Positions 1 to 13,146 of a DNA stretch of 64,000 nt are shown one piece after another; the stretch's first letter is position 1; the number at the start of each line of letters is the position of its first letter. Below the pieces are notes generated by a model that saw nothing but the letters and a program-made list of their open reading frames with translations, was not told where the DNA came from and searched no databases. The position numbers were made by a program, and so were the translations under genes. Origin of the DNA: Octopus bimaculoides (Eukaryota); the NCBI RefSeq assembly GCF_001194135.2, contig NC_069000.1, forward strand, positions 1,419,164 to 1,483,163. The letters are read 5' to 3'.

Positions 1-1264
1 ACAAATTGCTTAGCGACGTTTCTTCCGACTCTACGTTTTGCGCTCAAATTCCGCCGAAACTAACTTTGCATTTCATCCATTCGAGATCTCTAAATAAAGA
101 AACAGCCAAGTATTGAGAGATGCAGTATGAACTTATCTCCCCCACCCCCTCGGGATTGCTGGTTAAATAAGTGACCATTATTTTCCTCGTTTCAAAGGTT
201 AGCAGAATCGTTGGATTATCGCAACAAATTCTTTACGGTATTTTGAGGTCAACTATGCATTTCATCTCTCCGAGGTCGATAAAATACTATTCAATTTCAT
301 TCAATTTTAAAAAGGTAAAATCGGACAGAACTTATGGGATGACCTGATATATAATACACACACACACACACATATATATATAATGTATTTATATACATTT
401 ACACAGACACACACACATGCTCACATGTATGTATGCGTGTATGTGTGCGTGTGTTCTTTTCGACTCGTGCTGTTTCTTCTCAAATTGTTTGGAGATTTTT
501 TCATTCAAGCCGTGCACAAAATCTCGACCTTTTCATTGGTTAATAATTCAATGACGTCATCACTCCATTCAGTTCAGTCGTCTCTGAAGGCATCCACTTA
601 CAGTTATACGCCTCCCTGCCTTCCCCGTCTCTCAGCATTCACGCTCCCATTCTCCTCGTTTACTTGGTCGTTTTAATTTTGACCGATGGAATTTATAAAT
701 TTCACTAGACTTTATGGTCATCAGTAGCAAGCTTAGCAGATCTGAAGCACTGATTCAGAAGCACAGCAGGGGGCTTTCTAACCAATCCCTCATTAAGTTC
801 ACAAAAAGAAGAAGAAAAAGAAACGTCTAGGGATTGTAAGGACTGGCATGCTTGTTGCTTGTTTTGTTCCTGGGCCAACCTTCATCGATCAGACCATTGA
901 TCAAAGGAGACCTCCCCGTCGTCCCCGTCTCGCCTTTTATTCATATGTCCCTCAGTTTTTAAGGTCATAGGCACGCCTCCTCCTCCTCCTCCGCCTCACC
1001 AAGTTATTTTATTGAAATAATAAAAAACATTTAATCTAAATACGGATTATTAAGGTTTCTCGTTTACTTCTAGTCACTGGGCTGCGATATTGCTGGAGCA
1101 GCATTTGTTGGGTGAATCGCAGAAATCGACCTCAGGACTTACTCTATCAACGTCTTTTGCCGAACCACTTATTTACGGGGACTTAGAGTTACCGGGCTCT
1201 TAAGCGGGGACGGAGAAACAGAGACAAGGACAAACATTTGCATGCTTGCACCCCCCACACACAC

Positions 1265-1265
<1 letters not shown>

Positions 1266-1305
<40 letters not shown>
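1266..1305. repeat. (TA)n microsatellite
   Basis: Direct reading. Confidence 0.95.
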
Positions 1306-1307
<2 letters not shown>

Positions 1308-3162
1308 CAAATAAAAATTGAAAACAAACGCGGGAAAATATCGGATCTGTTCAGTTTGGCTCACAGATTTTTTTAATTGATTTTTGATTTTAACTAAACA
1401 GTTTGAAACTTCGTTTACTGGTGTAATTTCTCACGCAGAACACGATTTACTTTGAACATTTTTGACTAAATTTCGTATTTTAGAAGTTAACAATACATCT
1501 CATAGTTGTAAAAGAAGGCATTTTGAAACTACATACACGTCAACAACGAAAAAGCTAGATGCGGACCCGTAGTTCTGTAGGTCTTTTGAACACCGAAAAA
1601 CAGCCAAAGCCCCGGGCAGTGTTGTTGAACTGAGCAGCGGATGAAATCTCATACCCTTAGAGCAGAAACGAAGCCTTCAACAGGCTTCTATACAGTTTCC
1701 CCTCTACTGAATTTCACTCACAAGGAATTTGATAGACTTGAGATTATTGTATGACACACTTGCGCTAGGTGCCGCATAGCAGGATTGAACTAGAAACAAC
1801 ATTGCTTGTAAGCGAACTTCTCAAGCAGACAGCTAACATCAGGCCTGGGAATATATAAGCGAGAAAACTATTAAGGTTTATGTTTATTTTATATTTTACT
1901 GCGGCGGTGAGCGACGCATCGTAGGAGGTTTGAAATGACGCAATTAAGAGGAACAATAAGTGAGTGGGCGACTTGCCACCGTCCGACTGACATTGCTGTG
2001 TTTATAGTAAAAAGAAAAAATTAATATTCCTTCCTCTCCGATTTCTCTCTTTTGTTGGTTTCCTCCATAAACTGATTGTTGTTGTTGTTACAGAGAGAGA
2101 TTGGCGCAGTGCCTGCTGGGAAAGTTGAATCAATCAATGGCATGTCTGAATTGAGAATAGACGAAGTCCTGAATAACAAACCGACGAGTGGGCCTCTACG
2201 AGGTCGCTCTCTTTGCTAGAAATATCAGTCAATTCTGCTTCACTGTTTTTTTTAAAAGAAAGGACACATAGGAGCCTGTTGTCATAACTATATAAGATAC
2301 GATACAAACGTAAGTGGAATGACTTTGCTCATGAGTCTACCTGATCAGGGCCGACCCGGGGCTAAACAACTTGCTATACCAGAAACAACAGCCAAATCCC
2401 CCACACAACTGTCTTTGAGAAAAGGGAAGGACATATTGAATAGATGCAGTTTTTGGATAAACTAAGTCTGTATGGTCATGGGTGGAATGCATTAGACTAT
2501 ATACTGATTCAGTCAGAACAAAACTCAAATCGTTCAATGAAGCGTTCAGTTTCCATTTAGCTTACTCTGAAACACTCTCCGACCAAATCCAATGCTATTC
2601 ACCTTTTTTAAAATCTTATACCCACGCATTTATTTCTTTAAATTCACGATTTACTCGTAGTCACGTTAAATACACATCTGTCGCTTGTGGTGATGGCATC
2701 GCGTGTGCATCGTTTTGCATCGATTTCTGATTTCGTACATTTTATTTCCTTATAATGTCCATGGCTGGATTAATGTCAATCGATGATGCCCTGACCACAG
2801 CGCAGTCCAAACAATGGCACCTACTTGACCATTCTATTGTCTAATTGAAGACAAATTAAAGACGTGCTGAATGTGAAATAATAGATTTTAAAACTTCAGG
2901 TCGGTAGAGCGACATTGAATAACAGATATATGGCGCGTTTATTGGTTGGGTAATTACCTGCATGCCATAGGATGGCTGTTTGTGAGAGTCGGTCGGGCCT
3001 ACAAGACAACAACAACAACAACAGTGTTGCCGGATGTTAACAACAGTGATTATTTTCATACTTAATTTCAGAGTTGCCAGACCAGTTTCATAAAAACGAG
3101 CGCTAAATTTTGAAAACGTATCTGAAGTTATTGCAACTAAATTATGTATTTCACACGCGCGC

Positions 3163-3172
<10 letters not shown>

Positions 3173-3232
<60 letters not shown>

Positions 3233-3240
3233 GAGAGAGA
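3173..3240. repeat. (GA)n microsatellite
   Basis: Direct reading. Confidence 0.95.
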
Positions 3241-4754
3241 TCAGGGTGCAATAAAGACGACAAAGGAATTTACGCGAAAAGCAGGTAAAAATTACTACGG
3301 ACGCAGACATGCTCAATCACCCCCTCGTCCGTTATCAGCCAAATATCATTACAATTTCGATACTATCCGACGATATTTATATTAATTTGGCAGTGTCAGC
3401 AGCGTGAACTTCTGGGTTCTAAACAAACGTACCAGGACAGTAAAAAGTTAGACAAGGACAATGACAGAAAAAAGCATACGATCTTTAGACTAAACATAAA
3501 TAACGGACCAAGCAGATTATAAAGATGAGCTTGGAGGAGGTCGAGGAAAACAAAACATACAAATATAGATTTACATAAAATGTCTTTCGACTCAGCGACA
3601 AAATTAAAATAAGTTGTGCAAAGTAACCTTAATAGGAAAAATAGTGTGCATTGGGGGGGAAATATTCAGAAAATAATCAGAATAAATAAATAAATAAACC
3701 AGGAACGGAAAAAGGAAACGACCTCCCAGATGAAGGTTTAGTTCAAAGCATTCGGGTACACATACACATATCCATTCGTACGTACGTATATACATACATA
3801 CATACATACATACAAACATTCGTACGTCTATACATGCATAATGGACCGCATCTGTGGAATCGGCGGTCCGTAGAGCGTTGCGTTTCGTCTGATAGCAAAC
3901 TGACAGAAAGGTTGGCGATGTTCTTTCCGACTCTCTGAGGAGACCTGCATCGAGGGACAACTTGCAAAAGATTTTATCCAAGACTGTATATATGGGGAAC
4001 GCATGATCAATCCTTGGTCGGGGGTAGCCCTACGTCTTAATAAAGTTGTTATGGGGTCAAGAATGTTATGCCTGAACTCAAAGACGGGAATGCTTCTTTT
4101 ATCAAGATAGAGTTTTTCGCTCGATAACTGCAGACACTGTGAGTGTGTGTGTGTGTGTGTGTGCCTTCATGTTTACTTCGAAAAAAGTATATTTAATGAC
4201 TTTGACTAAACAGCGACATCAGATAGCCATATATATTTCCTCTTTTCCCGTCGTTGTATAAAAAAAAAATTTAGGTGACTCAGTTTCAAATCCTGAGTGA
4301 AATAAACAAAACTAGTTTATTTATGCTGTTCCTTTAAGAGGTCAAGGTTTCCATTGCACGTTACACACATAGGCTAAAAGACGTTTCAATCAGTTTTGTG
4401 TCCGATTTTTTTTTAATTCTGAAAGACCAAATCTTTTTATGATCAAAGGCGTCCTAGGCGTGACCATCCCGCTTTTTCATATCTTGAACTTATATTGTCT
4501 TATTTGTTTCAGTCATTGAACTTATTATAGCCATACAGAGATATCACCTCGAAGGGTCTCTTTTGCCGACCCACAAGGCTATGAGGACGTCAACAAACCC
4601 ACATCGGTTGACAAGTGGTAGTGGAAAAGAAACACACACACGCACACATATCGGCGTTCAATGTTTCCGTCAACCAAATTCACTCACACGGTGCCGCGTT
4701 CGTAGCACCTGACACCACGTGGTTGCAAAACAAGCTACATAATCATCACACAGC

Positions 4755-4785
<31 letters not shown>

Positions 4786-5936
4786 TGGGGAAGGCCAGTT
4801 TATGGGATTACCTTAGGCTTCCCGTTCATAAATTTTCACCGGCCATCCGCTTGGCAGCAAGGTTGTGAAGGAAAGTATCTTGTTTATTCATCATCTTTTA
4901 AATCTTAATCTCTTGCAGATTTTTATAGTCCCAGATATCCTGATCATTTGTACCGTATGAATTAAGGATTTGCATTCTCTCCCCAGGAATTCATATTCAG
5001 CGATACTTTGCTCCAGACGGATCGCTATGTATCCTGTTGCTCCAATAATAGGGTCCATGGACGTCTTCTTTCTCTTGTATTTTTTCTAAACGATTCTGCC
5101 GGTTCACCACCTTTAATATAATAAATAATAAACAAGGTAGCGAGTTGGTGTAATCGTTAGCACGCCAGGCAAAATGCTCACCGGAATTTCGTCTGTCTCT
5201 GAGTTCAAATTCCGCCGAGGTCAACTTTACCTTTTATCTTTTTGGGATCAATGAAATAAAGTATATGGGAGAAACTGAAATAGTGTGCAACATGCATTAT
5301 AAAAGTTATCAATAATCTAAACAAAGGTATTAAACTTTATTATCGCCTAACTTTAAAAATTAGCAAGTATTATATGTTTAAACTCCAAAATAAAGAAAGA
5401 AAACCAAAACAAAACGACTCGACATATGAAGTTTATATCAACATTTTAATAGTTGTCATCGTGTTTTTATATATTCGTCACAGAAGCGTCATGACTTATT
5501 TAGGATAGCTTTATACAGAGTACGGCAAAGAAGACTCGCTCATTTGACAGGGTGACAAACATTTTACCAACAAATGCACCGTGTGCTCCTGTCCAAACCA
5601 TATTGATTAAAAAAAACAAACAAACAAGAAAAAGACAATGGAAAAGGCTTAGTGACATGAAGACACCATTATCACCTGCTTAACTTGACTGGCCGTGAAA
5701 AATATGGGAAGCTTTTACGCCGCATGTTATACAAACGTCTGCTACTTTACTACAGAAGTTACAGACGCTAGCAATTCCTCATCCTGAAGATGTGACTGAG
5801 ACAGTCGGGAATTGTTGATAAAGATGATTTAGAGCAACTTTATTGTTCCAAAAACGAACTTAAAGGCTCTGATATACTTTAATAACAATTGTTAAATTAG
5901 AACATCGTAGTGTTTTTCAATATTATGCCGGACTAG

Positions 5937-6135
5937 GGCAGTGAGCTGGCAGAAATTGTTAGCACGCCGGGCAAAAATACTTAGCGGTATTTCGTCCGTG
6001 TTTACGTTCTGTGTTCAAATCCAGGCAAGATCGACTTTACCTGTCATTCCTTCGGAGTCGATAAAATAAGTTGCAGTCGAGGTAATAGACTTTTCCCTTC
6101 CCGAACTCTCTGGCCTTGTGCCAAAATCTGAAACC
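5937..6135 (+). mobile_element. SINE family A copy
   Basis: Head ggcagtgagctggcagaa, B-box-like gttcaaatcc, tail ggccttgtgccaaaatctgaaacc. Confidence 0.8.
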
Positions 6136-6903
6136 GATAATATGCCGGAATGAAAAGCTGTTCCTTATATATACGTGTGTATATATATAATAAATTAACA
6201 ACTATCATATATTATAGCATATTACAGCTATCATATATTTAAACTATTATATATTATAGCATATATTACAACTAACATGTATTTAAACTACTGCAGAAAA
6301 TAAAAATAAATAAATAAAACGACTCAAAGTAGGAATGCAATGCCGATTGCGTAATTTATATATTTAATGTCACGCAGAATGTCATGACCAATTTTGAATA
6401 ACTTTCCATATAAATAAAAGAATCGAAAATTTACATAAGCCTAGAAATTACGAATAGTTTTACTTTTTCTAACGAATAATTCTTCTTACAATATTTAGTA
6501 AACTGACACCCTACAAAACATCGTGTAGAAATCCACAGACTGCATAATCAGGACCGGATTTAAACCATGGAAGGCCCGGGGCACTTCGAGTTCGGTAGGC
6601 CCCTTATACACAAGAATTAAAATCTTAAAAAATTACCAAATTTAAATCTCAAAACCCATCTATTTCATGTAACTGAATTTGATGAGTTAGCACATTATGT
6701 TAATTTCTATAGCGGTCTGAGAGAGTTTTTCGCCAGTCTATCCAACAGTGATAGACTTTACCTACTGACCAATTAAACACGTCTTTGGGCCCCTTTCAGC
6801 CGAAAACCTTTTAGTGCAAGCTTTCGGGCCTTGTCACCAGCAACTTCTTTCTTTTCATTAGTTTTAAAGACCCTCTAAACTCTTCAAAATGCTGAGCTTC
6901 CTC

Positions 6904-7523
6904 GGATCTATTTTAAAACGGGGGCACCAGTTTTCATTTATGTTTTAGGTAGTGTTTTTGGTACCGAAAGACTTTCAAACTTCGTATACTTATCTAATTT
7001 GTGTTATAGAACAGAAAAAAAATGTTTGTATTCGAATTTATTTCGATAATTTCTACTAATCACTGACGTCTATTCAGTTGAAAACAGTTAGCGCTGTAAC
7101 GGTGTATATCGTATTAATCCCCTAACCCTAACCCTAACTAGACTGTTAACCGTAACCCTAACCCTAAAACTAACCCGAACTCTAAAATTGTTACACACAT
7201 AGATACGCACAGCGTAATTTATTATATAAACAATATATGCGTATAAATTACGATTAAACCGGATGAAATATGTCACAGGGAATAACATTTTTATGACCGC
7301 CCAGCAGTAACTCTATTCAGCTGAATAGACGTCAGTGATTGGTTGAAATTACAGAAATACGACAACTTTAACATGGAATAACTTGCGATGTACGTTTTTT
7401 TGTTAAGAAGACTAAGAGTAAAAGATGTTTTATATGACACATTCTACCAGTGTCCCAAGTTTCAAAGTGTTTCGTTAGTGTTTCGTTAAGAAAATACTGG
7501 TGCCCCCGTTTTGAAATAGATCC
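6904..7523. mobile_element. Non-autonomous TIR element (Merlin-like MITE), copy 1
   Basis: TIRs GGATCTATTT(T/C)AAAACGGGGGCACCAGT; perfect 8-bp TSD GCTTCCTC at 6896-6903 and 7524-7531; internal inverted arms (aatcactgacgtctattcag). GG-ended TIR plus 8-bp TSD fits Merlin; no transposase present. Confidence 0.88.
7115..7186 (+). repeat. Degenerate (TAACCC)n telomere-like units inside MITE copy 1
   Basis: cctaaccctaaccctaac and taaccctaaccctaa. Confidence 0.8.
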
Positions 7524-7853
7524 GCTTCCTCATTTGACGAGGCCATGTAAGAAAAATAATTACAATGGGCAAGCGACAGTGAAAAGATTAAATTCAGTTT
7601 GACTCGTCTATTGAAGCTAGTTTTCATCTACCATACCAAATTATATACAACGTGTTGAGAATATGTCACAAAATCATAAACGTTGTGACTCAGAGTTACT
7701 GTACTGAGTTATTCTAAGAGTGTAACGAATATTGTATTGTAATGCTAATGAGCGCGGAGAACAAAAGATTAAAAGAGGGTAAAAATATAACCTTATGTAG
7801 CTACAAAGACACAAATTAGTAAAGGAGTGTTCTAATGTATTAAAAAACTATGC

Positions 7854-8018
7854 CAGTGGTTTCAAACTTTTTCACTACCAAGGACCCCTTTTATTTAAAT
7901 GAGTTTTCCCACGGACCTTAGGATATTGAAAGGTCTGTCAGCTTAACACGTTCACGGACTCCCAGTACTACCTTTGCGAACCACCAAGAGTCTGTGGACC
8001 ACAGGTTGGGAACTCCTG
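7854..8018. mobile_element. Short hAT-like MITE
   Basis: Imperfect TIRs CAGTGGTTTCAAACTT / CAGGAGTTCCCAACCT; 8-bp TSD AACTAT(G/A)C with 7/8 match. Confidence 0.7.
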
Positions 8019-10744
8019 AACTATACACTGGGTAAACTAGATCAATGGACCTTGACGGAAATGACGTAATTGCCGCGAGTTGAAATGACATAACGGCCGA
8101 CAGAGACCATTATAGGTGTACGGTACAACAATTTTCAAGGTTTCTGGCATTAGTTACTCGGGGTCACTCCCAAGGTAAATTAAACTGACTTAATTCGTCG
8201 TTTTATTGTTTATTTTATAAATATAAAACATGATACATCAGAATTCTGGGATTCTAATATTCAGAAAATTTTCACCTTTAGGCTCTATGTATGTGTGTAT
8301 GCATGCATGACACACGCACATACATATGTGTGAGCGTGTGTGTTATATAGACAAACATCGTACTGAATATAGTATTTTATTAAGTTATTAAGCTTATAAG
8401 ATACGATCAATGTTTTTGAAAAATGGCCGAGAAACGCAGCTTATGCTTTATATATATAACTAGAGGTCAGGGTTTTGGCCATGGGCAAATGGTAGCTCAA
8501 GCAGTGAAAGTGATTTGTCTAGTGATTAGGGTGACTGGGCACTCGATCAGTGGGTCGTGGGTTCGAATTTTGGATCAAGCAGGCGGAGTAAAGCACATTA
8601 TTTCACTCAAAAATGTGTGTACTTCGGGATTGCGTCCTATATTCTCAACTTTGGAAACCCAAATAAATTCCAAACAAAATTGAGGTGCGTCAAATAGAGA
8701 CTGTGGTCGCTTGTCTTGCTAGAAGTACTAGTGAAATCTTCCTCAAACGACACCGTCTTATGAGGTACTCCGGCGAACATTATTGCGCACCCCCCCCCCC
8801 CCAAAAAAAACCCAGATGGTCACGTTTGGGATAACTTTGACCACAAGTCTACTCGTGCAAGAAGGGATTAAATTCTGTAGGGAAAAGTAAGGGGAGGGAT
8901 AGGGGGACCGAATAGAGACATTTAGTTCGGCTATTAACTGTTTTTGCCTTCCATCGCTTTGATAATGAAATGTGTGTACATGTATGTATACATTTATATA
9001 TCTGTCAAGATGAAGCAATTATCACACACACACGTATATATAGTTACATAATACGCATATGTATATTATGTAATTGTATACAAATGTGTGTATGCATAAA
9101 CGCACGTGTGTGTGCGCGCGCGCGTAGAGGAGTGAATGGACTAACGAAAGTGGCACTCAACATATTGAGTAGGAGTTGCACGTATTTTGTAACGTTTGAC
9201 TCAGTTCCGTTTGACTTATGGGTGCGTCCTATATACACACACACACACACACACTCATTGTAGGAGGCAGACAACACTTTGCAGGGCCTCCTACACTGTA
9301 ATAGTGGGAGGAAGGAAGTTTAAGAAACTTAGAGAGCATCTTCGCAACAAGAGGCAGGTGATGCTGTTAAAATAAACGAAAGACTAAGTGTACCATTAGC
9401 AAATGTTACATGGTCGCTCCAACTTTTAGAAATAGCAGCCACAATGCTCTCGAATCACACACAGTAGTTAGTGTCTCACAAAAAGTGAAAGATCACAGTC
9501 GTAGATGTACTTTAGATAATCTAATATTTTTTTTACATAATTTGAATAATTTTTGATAATAGATCTGCTCGATCAGGATTGTCTTCGATTTAAAGAACAA
9601 CTGTAAATATAAGATTACCTAAGGATGTTGTAGTCGAATTAAATTATGTTTAGTTAATATACTGCCGTAGGTAAAGGCGACCTCGGCGGGCAAGTGACAT
9701 CGCTAAAATATCAGGATTAAATTGAAATTCACACGATAAGATCTAAAAGTACTATCGCAAAGTGTTTTATATCGTGTTTAAACGATTTTGCCACCCACTT
9801 ACATCTTGCTACAAAGATATTGATAAGAAATATTTCTAACATCGGCATACTGCCACATGGTCGATCAATACTCCGCTGGTAATTATTTCAGAGTCACCGG
9901 AAAATAAAAAGCAGACAGCGAACCGAACCCAGAACATGAACAGCCAATAATAAATACATTCTGTCCAACGCAAAAGCAATTTTGTAAATCCACGCTCGGC
10001 TGATAATAACTAAGAATTCTAAAATTAATCGAGCGACCTAGACATATTCTTTTTACACTATGATGTAAGCGGTTCAAAGTGAATACGATAATGAAAAGCG
10101 CGCGGATGGCTTGATGACTTCCGGGATTCTGCACAATTCTCAGCTGATTATCAAAATATTGCGCCATATATATACATATATATATACACACACACACAAT
10201 TATAAATTATATATACGTGCGTGTTATATATTGCACAATGAATATCTTTGATTCTGAAATACATGCCAAAAATTGTAAAATTATATACGAGTGTTACAAT
10301 CATATTGCACAATCAATGACTTCATTGGAAAGTACATAAAATTAAATATAAACACACACACACACACAAGAAGGTTTTGTTTACATGAAAAGATGTATGC
10401 AGCAAAGTTGCACTTAAATGCAGCTAAATTTTCAACATTAATGGTGTAATATAACAAATATATGTATGTGTTTATGTGTGTGTGTGGGGGTTGTATCTGT
10501 CTAGTGTTGACTGTCAAAAAAAGAGAAAAAAAAGAGTACTCGATACCACAATAGAGAATAATGTTCCCTTTTAGTTGAATCACCCTCTTGTTACTCTACG
10601 GTTTACCCGTGAAAATAAGACTCACAAAAGACTGACTCAGCCAAAATAAAATCTATTATGTATATGGACATGACTGTGTGGCAAAGAAAGTTCACTTTCT
10701 GACCACTGGTTTCAGGTTCAATTGTGTAAGGACTTTCAAGCGAG

Positions 10745-11030
10745 ATCGTTGCCAGTGCCGCTGGACAGGCTCCTGTGCAGGTGGCACGTAAAATATACCA
10801 TTTTGAGCGTGGCCGTTGCCAGTACCGCCTGACTAGCCCTCGTGCCGGTGGCACGTAAAAGCATCCGCTACACCCTTGGAATGGTTGGCGTTAGGAAGGG
10901 CATCCAGTTGTAGAAACTCTGCCAGATCAGATTGGAGCCTGGTGTAGCCATCTGGCTCACCAGTCCTCAGTCAAATCGTCCAACCCATGCCAGCATGGAA
11001 AGCGGACGTTAAACGACGATGATGATGATG
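10745..11030 (+). mobile_element. Retroposon family C (ends gttaaacgacgatgatgatg)
   Basis: ggttggcgttaggaagggcatccag...cagattggagcctgg...ccaacccatgccagcatgg with a (GAT)n tail. Other copies (approximate): 11070-11210, 23430-23640, 27870-28000, 35330-35460(-), 41200-41615, 43510-43722, 47813-47945, 54955-55085. Confidence 0.8.
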
Positions 11031-11499
11031 AATGTCATTTATTTACAATATTCAGTGGAAACAGGTCTGGCCCTGGAGGAAATATTTCCTTACTAGGAAA
11101 CGGGTAAGAGTTGGCGACAGGAAGGGCATCCAGCCGTAGAAAGTCTGCCTCAAACTTCATTCACTCCATCCAAGAACAGAGAAGTGAACGTTAAAACAAC
11201 GAGGATGATGGGCGACGGGGAAGAGAGTAAATCGCGTTAATGATCAAAGTAGGGGAGACAACCCAACCATTATAATTCAGACGCGACACCTCAGCGGGAA
11301 GTAAATCGGTTTCCGCACGAAGACAATGTTTTGGTCATGTGAGTCATTAAAAGTAATACTGAAAGGGTGTAGAGATCAGAGACCAGGGAGTTCCTCCAGT
11401 TGAGCTGCTACTTCTCCCCATTAAGAGGTCACAGTTCCAGTATTGGGGGCATATGGTAGGAATGTAGCAGGAAAGAACTGCAAGACAGATTCTTCAAGT

Positions 11500-11550
11500 G
11501 TGAGACCAGTGGCAGACCAAGAATGAGATGGTTGGATAATATCTGTAGGG
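11500..11550 (+). mobile_element. Possible RTE-type LINE 3' scrap
   Basis: GRPRMRWLDNI resembles the C-terminal GRPxxRWxD motif of RTE ORFs; very short. Confidence 0.35.
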
Positions 11551-11795
11551 TCAGTTGGCCGTGGTTGGGAATCCAGCTGGAAAGCATAATGATGGGGACT
11601 TTAAAAAGGAGCTGCCCGAGGACTCCACACCCACAACTAGTGAGTGGAAAAGATTGGATGGAATTGTTTAAGAGAATTGGAAAAAAAAAAGAAAAAATAC
11701 ACAGAAGATAGAAAAAATGTACATTCATATATTTTAAATCTTAATTGGAAAGCATAAAGTTTACTTCCTAATCATTTCGTTAACAAAGTTCACAT

Positions 11796-11801
11796 TTTAT
11801 T
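11796..11801 (-). terminator. Candidate HPF1 poly(A) signal AATAAA
   Basis: First AATAAA I found on the minus strand downstream of the stop, about 1 kb away and just before repeat-rich DNA resumes. The hexamer is common in AT-rich DNA. Confidence 0.35.
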
Positions 11802-12832
11802 GACAAAAGCGTAATGTATGATGTGATGCTACATTTGGTCAAAAATGTTATTTCTAGACCCAAGATTCACAAAATATCAAGAGATCCATGACATGTGAGA
11901 TGATAAAAAATATGAAAGGTGCTTAAAAAATGACAAAATTTTCAAAGAAACTGAATGTTTACAACTGGATTCCTTTCAAATGTGAAAGAAGAACAAATAG
12001 AGTCCAGTGAGTTTACTTAGAAACAAGATATGTTTATGGACAACATTTGAATTGATGGCTTCAGAATCAATAACTGAATAACATACACACCTATTGCACC
12101 ATACTTGTATATAATGGCGCAGAGGGCCTCAAGCCAGAGATGTTTAAGGAACAACTGAAGACTTCTTGTAGTTTAAGTGGGGACAAAATAAGCTTGGTGG
12201 AACTGATCTCTTTCCAAGCTGTGTTCACAAGAATGGATGGAATATAGAACTACGAGTTCAAGAAACAGTCATGGACTTTGCAATAATGCCATCAGTATTC
12301 CCAGTTACGATACGTATCCTTGAAATAATATAAATTAACAGGAATTGCAATAAGTTCTTAGTTTAGGAAGCTTGAATCAAATGCATATAACCTCTGCTCT
12401 GAGAGTGACAGCTCAAATAAAGAGGAGGAAGATGTGAGGGCCATTTCGAATCATTGTCCTTCATTATAAACATCTCATCAGTTTGATTAAGCCACAAAAC
12501 ATCCATTCAGCTCAAAGCAATATATAAAAGCCAGACCTCGAGGAGGAGGAAGAAAATAATGTCTGTCTGTGTTGGCAAAAATTATTTAATGAAGTTTGAA
12601 AATTTGGATAAGTTGATTTGCCACGGGGAGATGAGAAGACAGATGTTTGGAGCAAAGCCCTTCGTTAGAGTAAAAGAAAACGTTTTTCTTCCTCTCTCTC
12701 TTCCTGCGAAGATGCTAGGTCCATCATCTTACCACACAAATTCTTCAAATTTTTCTAAATAATTTGTATAGATTTGTCTTCTAACGACTTGACATTAGCA
12801 AAATGTTTCTTTTTTTTTTTTTTTTATATCAA

Positions 12833-13146
12833 TTAGTTGAGTTCGTTTAGTTCACGAGGAAGGGCGCTCATTTTCCTGTGCTTCAGATGTTCTGTGATGA
12901 TTTGGCTAAACTGAGGATGTTGTAGTAACTGGTAAGCCAGAGGAAGTAAAAACTGGATGGTGGAATTGAAGATGTCACCACCAAAACAAAAGAGGTTGAT
13001 TCCCAGCTCTAAGCCTTCACCATAATCACATTCATCATTTGCAAATTGAATCAAAGTCATCAGTTCTTGTAATGGCTCAAAATTTTGGTTTCTGTCTTCT
13101 TCAGTTTTACTGTCAAGAATCTTCTGGAACATTCTCTTCAAAGCAG
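12833..13146 (-). CDS. HPF1: HPF1 exon 7 (catalytic C-terminal domain, stop)
   Basis: ttcttcttccAG|; AALKRMFQK...[25 protein letters not shown]...LLPLAYQLL...ELN-TAA. Confidence 0.96.

Noticed and set aside
6549-6830. hAT-like start CAGGACCGGATTTAAA with possible transposase remnant
   Set aside because: No matching right TIR or TSD was found, and translations show no convincing hAT motif.
7115-7186. Chromosome end or fusion scar
   Set aside because: Only a few degenerate TAACCC units, all inside a TSD-flanked MITE.
12808-12826. Genomic A-tract just after the HPF1 stop, suggesting a processed pseudogene
   Set aside because: The gene has six canonical introns and an intact frame. The tract could cause oligo-dT internal priming artefacts.
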